Below, in pieces: positions 1-10,299 of a stretch of DNA of 64,000 bases. Made by a program: the position numbers and the translations under genes. The DNA comes from Ranitomeya imitator (lineage: Eukaryota), in assembly GCF_032444005.1 (NCBI RefSeq), contig NC_091291.1:137826001-137890000 (forward strand), given 5' to 3'. The notes under the pieces are model-generated. The model worked only from the letters and a program-made list of their open reading frames with translations. It searched no databases and had not been told where the DNA came from. Position 1 is the first letter of the stretch. Each line of letters opens with the position of its first letter.

Positions 1-1
1 T

Positions 2-2155
2 CCGCGTACACAGGGTTTGAACGCCCACATAGCTAGACTAATCTCATTAGAGATGATGCCCTACCGGTTAGTTGAAAGCGAAGCTTTCAAAGCCCTGATG
101 GACTACGCTGTACCACGCTACCAGCTACCCAGTCGACACTTTTTTTCCAGAAAAGCCATCCCAGCCCTCCACCAGCATGTTAAAGAGCGCATCGTCCATG
201 CACTCAGGCAATTTGTGAGCACAAAGGTGCACCTGACAACAGATGCATGGACCAGTAGGCATGGCCAGGGACGTTACGTGTCCATCACGGCACACTGGGT
301 GAATGTTGTGGATGCAGGGTCCACAGGGGACAGCAAGTTTGGGACAGTTCTGTATAGCCCACGGTCTAGGAAACAGTTGGCTGTAGCCGTTCGCACCCCC
401 TCCTCCTCCTCTTCGTCCTCCTGCAGAAGTGAGAGCTCGTCCACAGACCGCAGTCGCACAACCACTCCATCCGCAGCTGCCACTGTTGCACACCAGGTCT
501 CCCATTATGGGGCAGCTACTGGCAAACGTCAGCAGGCTGTATTGGCTATGAAGTGTTTGGGCGACAACAGACACACCGCGGAAGTTCTGTCCGAGTTCTT
601 GCAGAAAGAAACGCAGTCGTGGCTGGGCACTGTAGATCTTGAGGCAGGCAAGGTAGTGAGTGATAACGGAAGGAATTTCATGGCTGCCATCTCCCTTTCC
701 CAACTGAAACACATTCCTTGCCTGGCTCACACCTTAAACCTGGTGGTGCAGTGCTTCCTGAAAAGTTATCCGGGGTTATCCGACCTGCTCCTCAAAGTGC
801 GTGGACTTTGCTCACATATCCGCCGTTCGCCCGTACACTCCAGCCGTATGCAGACCTATCAGCGTTCTTTGAACCTTCCCCAGCATCGCCTAATCATAGA
901 CGTTGCAGCAAGGTGGAACTCAACACTGCATATGCTTCAGAGACTGTGTGAACAGAGGCGGGCTGTTATGTTTTTGTGGGAGGATACACATACACGGGCA
1001 GGCAGTAGGATGGCAGACATGGAGTTGTCAGGTGTGCAGTGGTCGAAGATTCAAGACATGTGTCAAGTCCTTCAGTGTTTTGAGGAATGCACACGGCTGG
1101 TTAGTGCAGACAACGCCATAATAAGCATGAGCATCCCCCTAATGCGTCTGCTGATGCAAAGTTTGACGCACATAAAGGATCAGGCGTCTGCAGCTGAGGA
1201 AGAGGAAAGCCTTGATGACAGTCAGCCATTGTCTGGCCAGGGCAGTGTACAGGACGAGTTAGCGGGCGAAGAGGAGGAGGACGAGGAGGATGATGGGGAT
1301 GATTATATTTTTAATGAGGAAGCTTTTCCGGGGCCACTGGAAATTGGTGGCGCGGCAAGGCCGGGTTCTGGTTTTTGGAGGGACACAAGTGACGTGGATT
1401 TGCCTGAAACTGCCCCTCAACCAAGCACAACCGCAGATTTGAGAACTGGAACTTTGGCCCACATGGCGGATTATGCCTTACGTATCCTCAAAAGGGACAC
1501 ACGCATAACTAAAATGATGAACGATGACGATTACTGGTTGGCCTGCCTCCTTGATCCTCTCTATAAAGGCAAATTGCAAAATATAATGCCACATGAGAAC
1601 TTGGAACTAATATTAGCAACCAAACAATCAACTCTTGTTGACCGTTTGCTTCTGGCATTCCCTGCACACAGCGCCCGTGATCGTTCTAACACGAGCTGCA
1701 GGGGCCAGCAGACCAGAGGTGTTAGAGGGGCAGAAATCAGAAGTGTCGTTGTCCAGAGGGGTTTTCTGACCAGGTTGTGGAGTGATTTTGCTATGACCGC
1801 AGACAGGACAGGTACTGCAGCATCAATTCAAAGTGACAGGAGACAACATTTGTCCAGTATGGTTACAAACTATTTTTCATCCCTTATCGATGTTCTCCCT
1901 CAAACGTCATTCCCATTTGATTACTGGGCATCAAAATTAGACACATGGCCAGAATTGGCAGAATATGCATTGCAGGAGCTTGCTTGCCCGGCAGCTAGTG
2001 TCCTATCAGAAAGAGTATTCAGTGCTGCAGGTTCAATACTAACAGAAAAAAGGACTCGTCTGGCTACCCAAAATGTAGATGATCTAACCTTCATTAAAAT
2101 GAACCACAACTGGATTTCGAAATCTTTTGCCCCACCTTGCCCGGCTGACACCTAG
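2..2155 (+). CDS. hAT-superfamily DDE transposase (ZBED-like), N-terminus outside the window
   Basis: Frame is open from base 2 to TAG at 2153-2155. Motifs: TTDAWT (D1), VVSDNG (D2), CLAH (CxxH), RWNST, ASVLSERVFS (E), and a C-terminal hATC dimerisation segment (FDYW...WPELAEYA...ERVFSAAG...RTRL...LTFIKMN). AATAAA at 2394-2399. Confidence 0.93.
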   Translation, partial: PRTQGLNAHIARLISLEMMPYRLVESEAFKALMDYAVPRYQLPSRHFFSRKAIPALHQHVKERIVHALRQFVSTKVHLTTDAWTSRHGQGRYVSITAHWVNVVDAGSTGDSKFGTVLYSPRSRKQLAVAVRTPSSSSSSSCRSESSSTDRSRTTTPSAAATVAHQVSHYGAATGKRQQAVLAMKCLGDNRHTAEVLSEFLQKETQSWLGTVDLEAGKVVSDNGRNFMAAISLSQLKHIPCLAHTLNLVVQCFLKSYPGLSDLLLKVRGLCSHIRRSPVHSSRMQTYQRSLNLPQHRLIIDVAARWNSTLHMLQRLCEQRRAVMFLWEDTHTRAGSRMADMELSGVQWSKIQDMCQVLQCFEECTRLVSADNAIISMSIPLMRLLMQSLTHIKDQASAAEEEESLDDSQPLSGQGSVQDELAGEEEEDEEDDGDDYIFNEEAFPGPLEIGGAARPGSGFWRDTSDVDLPETAPQPSTTADLRTGTLAHMADYALRILKRDTRITKMMNDDDYWLACLLDPLYKGKLQNIMPHENLELILATKQSTLVDRLLLAFPAHSARDRSNTSCRGQQTRGVRGAEIRSVVVQRGFLTRLWSDFAMTADRTGTAASIQSDRRQHLSSMVTNYFSSLIDVLPQTSFPFDYWASKLDTWPELAEYALQELACPAASVLSERVFSAAGSILTEKRTRLATQNVDDLTFIKMNHNWISKSFAPPCPADT

Positions 2156-2619
2156 CTTTCCTATGAAAAGGTCTTGCCTGTGGACTATTCTGAATGCCTT
2201 TTCCAATCTCGTAATTTTCTGCACCTGATTGTCCAGCATACGACATGTTTACACCTCACTAAATGGCCAAACTCCCCACACGGGGCCGTGGTATCGACAC
2301 TTGGCGACAGCACCCGTGAGAGTGCTGTTTGTCTGAAGAGGTGGGTGTGCCCGCTTTTGGTCGACGGCACTGCCACTGGGTCCCTCCTAGTACAATAAAG
2401 TGTCTCTGGCGGTGGTGGTGCGCACCCAACGTCAGACACACCGTTGTAATATGAGGGGCCCTGGGCCTGTACCGCCGGCCACAAGACAGTTCCCCCCCCC
2501 CAGCTCAAACAGTGCTCTACCAATTGCAAAATTATCTCACAGCTCCACCAATGTTTAGTCTATGCGCTGACATCCTTCAATGCCTGCCACTGACAATACC
2601 ATTGTATTGACATTTTTGT

Positions 2620-3480
2620 TATGTTAGGCCTTCGAAGCCTGTCTGCGGTCACTCCTTCCACTATGCCTCCACTGACCACACCACTGCTGCCCGTGTACCC
2701 CTGGAACCAATTTAAAATTGCCTACAGCCATGTGTTATTATTTTAGGCCTTCGATGCCTGTCTGCGGTCACTCCTTCCACTAGGCCTCCACTGACCACAC
2801 CACTGCTACCCGTGTTCCCCTGGAACCAATTTAAAATTGCCTACAGCCATGTGTTATTATTTCAGGCCTTCGATGCCTGTCTGCGGTCACTCCTTACAAT
2901 ATGCCTCCACTGACCACACCACTGCTACCCGTGTACCCCTGGAACCAATTTAAAATTGCCTACAGCCAGCCCAATTTTTTTATTTTAGGCCTTCGATGCC
3001 TGTCTGCGGTGCGTTCTTTCTACTACTACTACACTGACCAGGCCACTGCTGCCCGTGTACCCCTGGAACCAATTTAAAATTGCCTACAGTCAGCCCAATT
3101 TTTTTATTTTAGGCCTCCGATGCCTGTCTGCGGTCACTCCTTCCACTAAGCCTCCACTGACCACACCACTGCTGCCCGTGTACCCCTGGAACCAATTTAA
3201 AATTGCCTACAGCCAGCCCAATTTTTTTATTTTAGGCCTTCGAAGCCTGTCTGCGGTCCCTCCTTCCACTAGGCCTCCACTGACCACACCACTGCTGCCC
3301 GTGTACCCATAGAACCTATTTATAATTGCATAGAGCATCCTTTTTTTAATAGTAGGCGTACAAAGTCTGTCTGCGGTTCACTATTGAACTTGTCCTCCAC
3401 TGCCCAGAGCACTGCAGCTTGTGTACCCCTGTAACTTTTTTCTGCTGCAGTGAGCCACATTTTTGGTTTGAGTCCTACTA
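2620..3480. repeat. About 120-bp tandem repeat, 6-7 copies, inside the hAT element
   Basis: Recurring aggccttcga.gcctgtctgcggtcactccttccact...cccgtgtacccctggaaccaatttaaaattgcctacagcc. Confidence 0.85.
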
Positions 3481-3611
3481 CCTGTGTCTGTCTGCGCCAC
3501 TCAATTCAGCTGTGTTCCTTTGAAAAAAGCTGAGCGTCAATAGTCTTGTTTTCAGCCTCTAGGAATTTTAAAACTGCATTGGGTGTACAACTTTGGTAGG
3601 GCCTACTAACG

Positions 3612-5465
3612 GTGTCTGCCTCCCCAAGGTGTTCCCCAGGTTTCCTCTCCATTGCTTCAATCTTCATGCTCTCGTTTAGTAGTTGTTGGAAACTACGCTG
3701 CATTAGGCCTACAAATTGGGTATGGGGTGTAGAGAGATGGTGTGTTCCACTCCAAGGTGTTCTCCAGGTTGCCTTTCCTGAGCTTCGATCTTCTGGCTCT
3801 CGTTTAGTAGTTGTTGGAAACTACACTGCATTAGGCCTACAAATTGGGTATGGGGTGTAGAGAGATGGTGTGTTCCACTCCAAGGTGTTCCCCAGGTTTC
3901 CTCTCCATTGCTTCGATCTTCATGCTCTCGTTTAGTAGTTGTTGGAAACTACGCTGCATTAGGCCTACAAATTGGGTATGGGGTGTAGAGAGATGGTGTG
4001 TTCCACTCCAAGGTGTTCTCCAGGTTGCCTTTCCTGAGCTTCAATCTTCATGCTCTCATTTAGTAGTTGTTGGAAACTACGCTGCATTAGGCCTACAAAT
4101 TGGGTATGGGGTGTAGAGAGATGGTGTGTTCCACTCCAAGGTGTTCTCCAGGTTGCCTTTCCTGAGCTTCGATCTTCTGGCTCTCGTTTAGTAGTTGTTG
4201 GAAACTACACTGCATTAGGCCTACAAATTGGGTATGGGGTGTAGAGAGATGGTGTGTTCCACTCCAAGGTGTTCCCCAGGTTTCGTCCACATTGCTTCGG
4301 TCTTCCGACTCTCGTTTAGTAGTTGTAGAAAACTACACTGCATTAGGCCTACAAATTGGGTATGGGGTGTAGAGAGATGGTGTGTTCCACTCCAAGGTGT
4401 TCCCCAGGTTTCCTCTCCATTGCTTCGATCTTCATGCTCTCGTTTAGTAGTTGTTGGAAACTACGCTGCATTAGGCCTACAAATTGGGTATGGGGTGTAG
4501 AGAGATGGTGTGTTCCACTCCAAGGTGTTCTCCAGGTTGCCTTTCCTGAGCTTCAATCTTCATGCTCTCGTTTAGTAGTTGTTGGAAACTACGCTGCATT
4601 AGGCCTACAAATTGGGTATGGGGTGTAGAGAGATGGTGTGTTCCACTCCAAGGTGTTCCCCAGGTTGCCTTTCCTGAGCTTCGATCTTCTGGCTCTCGTT
4701 TAGTAGTTGTTGGAAACTACAATGCATTAGGCCTACAAATTGGGTATGGGGTGTAGAGAGATGGTGTGTTCCACTCCAAGGTGTTCCCCAGGTTTCCTCT
4801 CCATTGCTTCGGTCTTCCGACTTTCGTTTAGTAGTTGTAGAAAACTACACTGCATTAGGCCTACAAATTGGGTATGGGGTGTAGAGAGATGGTGTGTTCC
4901 ACTCCAAGGTGTTCCCCAGGTTTCCTCTCCATTGCTTCGATCTTCATGCTCTCGTTTAGTAGTTGTTGGAAACTACGCTGCATTAGGCCTACAAATTGGG
5001 TATGGGGTGTAGAGAGATGGTGTGTTCCACTCCAAGGTGTTCTCCAGGTTGCCTTTCCTGAGCTTCAATCTTCTGGCTCTCGTTTAGTAGTTGTTGGAAA
5101 CTACACTGCATTAGGCCTACAAATTGGGTATGGGGTGTAGAGAGATGGTGTGTTCCACTCCAAGGTGTTCCCCAGGTTTCGTCCACATTGCTTCGGTCTT
5201 CCGACTCTCGTTTAGTAGTTGTAGAAAACTACACTGCATTAGGCCTACAAATTGGGTATGGGGTGTAGAGAGATGGTGTGTTCCACTCCAAGGTGTTCCC
5301 CAGGTTTCCTCTCCATTGCTTCGATCTTCATGCTCTCGTTTAGTAGTTGTTGGAAACTACGCTGCATTAGGCCTACAAATTGGGTATGGGGTGTAGAGAG
5401 ATGGTGTGTTACACTCCAAGGTGTTCTCCAGGTTGCCTTTCCTGAGCTTCTATCTTCAGGCTCTC
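3612..5465. repeat. 128-bp tandem repeat, about 14 copies, inside the hAT element
   Basis: Unit tgggtatggggtgtagagagatggtgtgttccactccaaggtg...cattaggcctacaaat. Near-identical ORF calls are offset by 128 bp and its multiples. Confidence 0.92.
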
Positions 5466-7669
5466 ATTAAATTGTGGTTAAATGGAACAACTGCATTTGG
5501 CGTACTAGTTAGTTTGGGGCCTACTATCGGTGTCTGCCACTCCTTGCTGTTCTCCTCCACTGAACAAAGCTGTGCCGCCTGTTTACTACGGTTGCCAATT
5601 TTGAACTGCATTTCGACTACTTACTGATTTGGGCCTACTCTCTGTGTCAGCCTCTCATTCCAGTTGTCCTCCACTGCAATGCCCCCTGGTTAGTCCTGTG
5701 TTACCAATTTTGAACTGCATTTAGCCAACTTTATTCTTTGGGCCTATATCTGTGTTTCCTCCTCATCCTGCCCATTGCCCAGCCAGTGATAGATGAGTCT
5801 GCTGGTACATTGACCCATAATGCAAAATTCCCCGTGCACGCTACACAGCAAGATTGTGACCCTGCTGAAAGTCAGGTTGCTCTTCCCGCATACCATACCA
5901 CCTTACACGGGGACAAAGAGGAAGGTGCAGATGAAAGTGCAGGTTCCTTCATCAGGTGGGGGGAGGAATACTAGTTGGCGACGTCACTGGCACAGGGCCT
6001 CTCATAGTACGCAAAAGTGTTGCTGCCGGTGGGAGGCGCCCCCGCCGTGCAAACACACCGCTGTACTTTGAGGGGCCCTGTGCCAGTGCCAATGCCAACG
6101 AGTGGGCCCCCCTGCTTGCTCAGGTTCACAGCACTTGCAAAGTTGAAATACTTACCTCTCCCTGCTCCACTGCCGTGACGTGGTCCAGATTTACTGGGCC
6201 CACTAATTACTTGAACCAGCCCTACCCCCCACAACTTTAGCCAAATGACCCCCAATTTCAAATGCCTTCCAATTATTATAAGGTAAATTACGATTGACAA
6301 GCTTCTTTAACAAGAATGGATGTTTTTGCCATTAAAATGGGCAGTGTAGGTGTTTTCCTGGCCTCCACTCACTGCCGACTATGCTCCCCCATTGACTTGC
6401 ATTGGGTTTCGTGTTTCGGGCGATACCCGACTTTTCGCGATAATCGGCCGATTCCACTCGACTCGACTTCTAAGATAGTCGGGTTTCGCGAAACACGGCT
6501 CGACTCTAAAAAGGTCAAGGTCGCTCAACCCTAATGAGGAGCCATGCTGAACTTCCATTGACCAGTATGAGAGAGTGTGAGAGCGATAACACCAAATGTT
6601 ACACCCCTGCTCCCCATTTACACCTGAGACCTTGTGCCAGTAGCATAGCTACCGGGGGGCAGAGGGGCAGGCACCCCGGGCCTCGTGCTCTGAGGGGGCC
6701 ACCCAGAGCTACTGTAACTGTACTGGCATGCACAGCGCGCCCATACAGCTACACTCTGCGGCAGATCTCCTGCTCTGCCACCTGGCCTCTATGGGGCCCC
6801 TGAGCAGGAGGGCGGCCCAGTGCCAGGAGTAGGCCCACACCCGTCATCGCAAATGCAACTGTATCAGCTGGGTGCCGATGCAACTGTATCAGCTGGGTGC
6901 CGATACAGCTGACCGCATTGATGAGAGTGGGAGCGTCCCACTCCCTTTCCCACCATTGACAGCGGGCGCGATGACGTCACTACTCAGCGTCTAATTGTGG
7001 TTGGATTGCACACTGACCCGTGTTATTCATTAGTGCTGTTTAATGGATGACTTTCCTCACGCCCGACGGTCAGTGAGAAACAATAATCTCAGCACGGACT
7101 ATCCTCTTGCGAGTTTTGGATGAGAGTCGCCCATTCAAGTCTATGGATGTGTAAAAAAAAAAATTGGATTCGACACAGAACATCCCACTGGCATCCGATA
7201 TTTACAGATACATTTCTCCTATTAACCCAGGAAACTGTATTTGATCATTTTTTAATATACATGCATGAAGACAGATCGTACACAGACGGTAAAAACGGAC
7301 AGACGGATAAAAATCAGATGAAAAAAAGTCTGATTTTTCTAGATGAAACTTGGACCATTTTTCATATGCTCGTCTGTAGCCGGCCTGTTCCTGCATTAAG
7401 GAACGTCACGCTCTTCATATCCGTGGAGCGTCCAGCAATGATCTGGGTAGCAGCTGATATTTGCCATATGGCTTATCATTAAAGGTATTATTCACCTGTT
7501 GCAGGTCCGAGCTGTGTTTCCCTCACTCCGATCTGCTGGACTCTGTTGTGCTCCACATCAGGCTTTGCAGGTGACCCGGCGTGTTCTATGTGATCATCTG
7601 CCTGGGCCTATATTGGACTCACAAGGACACACACGTGTCTTCGTATTTTTCTAAGTTTTTCTATGCACC

Positions 7670-8850
7670 ACGATCTGCTACTTGTCCGCTTCTGGCTTCC
7701 AAGACTTCTGATACTTGTCCGTCTGTGGCTTCCCGGACTTCTGCTATGTGTACGACTGTGGCGTCCAGAATGTCTGCTGTCCACTTGCGGCTTCCAGTGA
7801 TATTGCTACCTACCGGGGGTCTCCAGGATAACTCCTGTCTGCTTGCATATTCCAGGACCTCATTAAGACTTTTAGTTTTTCTCTGCTAATTGTCCGTCTT
7901 GTGCCTTTCATGACATCTGCTGTCTGCTTGAGGCTTCCAGGACTTCTGCTACATGTCTGCCTGTGGCTTTCATGATGTCTCCTAGCCACTTGTAGTTGCA
8001 GTAACATTCCTACTTGTCTGTGGTCTCCAGGATGTCCATTGTCTGCCTGCAGCTTCCAGAACTCTGCTACCTGTCTGCGGTCTCCAAGACATCCCCTGTC
8101 TACCTGCAGCTTACAGTAACTCTTGTTACCTCTCTGCTGTCTCCAGGGCATCTCCTGTCTGCCTCTGGCTTCGAGTAAGTCTGCTACCTGTCTGGGGTCT
8201 ACAGGATGTCTCCTGACCGCCTGCAGCTTACAGGAACTCTGCTAGCTATTAGTGGTCCCCAGGACATCTCCTGTTTGCCTGTAGACTTCACTAACTCTGA
8301 TACCTGTCTGTGGTCTCCAGGACATCTCCTGTTTACCTTTGGCTTCAAGTAACTATGCTACCTGTCTGTTGTCTCTAGGATGTCTCCTGACTGCCTGCAG
8401 CTTACAGTAACTCTGATACCTATTTGTGGCCTACACGACGTCTCCTGTCTGCCTGTAACTTTCAGTAACTCTACTACCTGTCTCTGTTCCCCAGGATGTC
8501 TTCTGTCTTCCTCAGGCCTCCAGTAACTCTGCTACCTGTCTGTGGTCTCCAGAATGTCTCCTGCCTGCTTGTGGCTTCCAGCAACTCTGCTACCTGTCTG
8601 TGGTCTCCAGAATGTCTCCTGCCTGTGGCTTCCAGTAACTCTGCTACCTGTCTGTGGTCTCCAGGACGTCTCCGGTCTGCTTGTGGCCTCCAGTAACTCT
8701 GCTACCGGTCTGTGGTCTCCAGGACGTGTCCTGTCAGCCTGCAGCTTCCAGTAACTCTGCTACCTGTCTGCGGTCTCCAGTCTGTCTGTGGCTTTAAGTA
8801 ACTATGCATGTGGTCTCCAGTACATCTCCTGACTGCCTGTGGCTTTCAGG
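7670..8850. repeat. Degenerate ~58-bp minisatellite
   Basis: Recurring ctctgctacctgtctgtggtctccaggacatctcctgtctgcctgtggcttccagtaa with many substitutions. Confidence 0.75.
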
Positions 8851-9211
8851 GTATCCAAGTGGGAATATGGCCATACAGCTTATAGGGTCATTACTTAACT
8901 GCCCCATTGCCACCCCAGGCTGCTAGAAGGAGTTATATAGTGATAAAGAACCCCTATAAATGATAATGTGCCTTAAAGCATGTCACAACAAGTGTTGACC
9001 AGACATGAACAAGGAGAGACCAAGTCTGCATGGAGGACTAGGGATGGTGGGGGGATGCTGCTGCATGCTGCCTAGAGCTGCACTGGTAATTACATGGCAC
9101 TACTCCGAACGTCCCTAGTGACCCCCCATTGCTTTTTCTCACAGATACATAGCGGGTCACAACAGCTGTGCCGATAAATCACCCTTGAATCCTCAGTCTT
9201 GCAGCAATATC

Positions 9212-9217
9212 TTTATT
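9212..9217 (-). promoter_or_regulatory. Candidate poly(A) signal of fbxo2
   Basis: AATAAA on the minus strand, about 67 nt past the stop codon. Confidence 0.55.
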
Positions 9218-9283
9218 AGTCCACAGAGATGTAGGCAGATCTGACCATGTGACACAGAAATAACACTATTCTTCTTTGGATTC

Positions 9284-9418
9284 CTAGACTTCGATCGTCA
9301 CGCTGCTGTTGGTCATCCGGGCTCCATACCAGCCCTTCCAGTAAACCGCGTCTTGTCCGCTGTGAGTGAACTGGATGAAACGCACTCCGGGGCCATATTC
9401 TGAGAAGGTATGGCTGAT
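9284..9418 (-). CDS. fbxo2: fbxo2 coding exon 5 (last)
   Basis: ctgcag|ATC acceptor. Encodes ISHTFSEYGPGVRFIQFTHSGQDAVYWKGWYGARMTNSSVTIEV*. The YWKGW motif is diagnostic of FBXO2/Fbs1. Confidence 0.92.
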   Translation of the reverse strand: MSHTFSEYGPGVRFIQFTHSGQDAVYWKGWYGARMTNSSVTIEV

Positions 9419-9484
9419 CTGCAGAATAATCATCAGTCAGTGACCATAGGTTGAGAGAAATCACAAAAAGAATGGCTGTCATCT

Positions 9485-9600
9485 TTCAAAACAGCGCCAC
9501 TCCTGTGCACAGGTTGGCTGTGATACTGCAGCTCAGTCACATGTTCTTCTAGTTACAGGACCAGACAGAACCTGTGGACGCGGATGGCGCTGCTTGTGTA
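9485..9600. mobile_element. Short palindromic MITE-like element, same family as 17045-17165
   Basis: acagcgcc...cacaggtt...gcagctcag / ...aacctgtggac...ggcgctg inverted arms. Confidence 0.45.
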
Positions 9601-10299
9601 AGACAGTGAACATGCCTATATAATGAAAAGTTCAGCAACTTTCTAATGTGACTTATTCTTCAGTTTTCAATGTCTGGTTGTCTAATCTCCGCCAGTGCTG
9701 CCATCGAGGCTCCTGATAGCACCAGGATTAGTATTCCTACAGGTAATACAAGACACAGGGCGCCATAAATAATGCAGGGGCGTGAATATTTCATCCATGT
9801 CCCCAGGATGCTGCAGATCATTGCTTCCTAAGTCTTCTCAGCTCCTGATAGACCCCGATAAATAACCCACGTGACCTGAAACACCCGAAAAATGTATTCG
9901 ACAGAATAGAAATGACTGTATCTGATGAAGATCTGGTGAGGAGGCTGGCATGTACCCTGCCGCGGCTCCGGTGGGGGCGCCTTGTTACCCCCGCCAGTGT
10001 CCGTGTGTAGGGGTCTCTACTGCGGATCGGCGCCCCGAATGTGAACCATTGTTTTCTATATATTCTGGCTGGAGCAGATTATTGCTCTTCATCAGAAAAT
10101 ATTTCTATCCAGAAAAATACATTTATCGGATGTTTTCATTTTTATGACATTTTAGAGTGTGAGACGACACTGACCCCCCCGAGCCGGACTCACTGAGCTG
10201 ATAGACCCCAATAACCCTCCATTTATTATGAGCTGTGATATAGTCCAGGTCTGAGGGTCCTGGAAATGAGAGGAGAGCAGCAAGACTGGGACCTCAGGG

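Larger units (their letters stand above)
1..6533 (+). mobile_element. Right part of a large hAT DNA transposon, ending at the TIR ...CGCTCAACCCTA
   Basis: Transposase is followed by internal arrays, a CGACTCGA-rich subterminal zone (about 6400-6510) and a terminus resembling that of the TSD-flanked hAT MITE at 40327-41083. The left end is outside the window, so the TSD cannot be checked. Confidence 0.72.

Noticed and set aside
3612-5470. Repeated 64-90-aa Cys/Trp-rich ORFs
   Set aside because: They are translations of the 128-bp array inside the hAT element.
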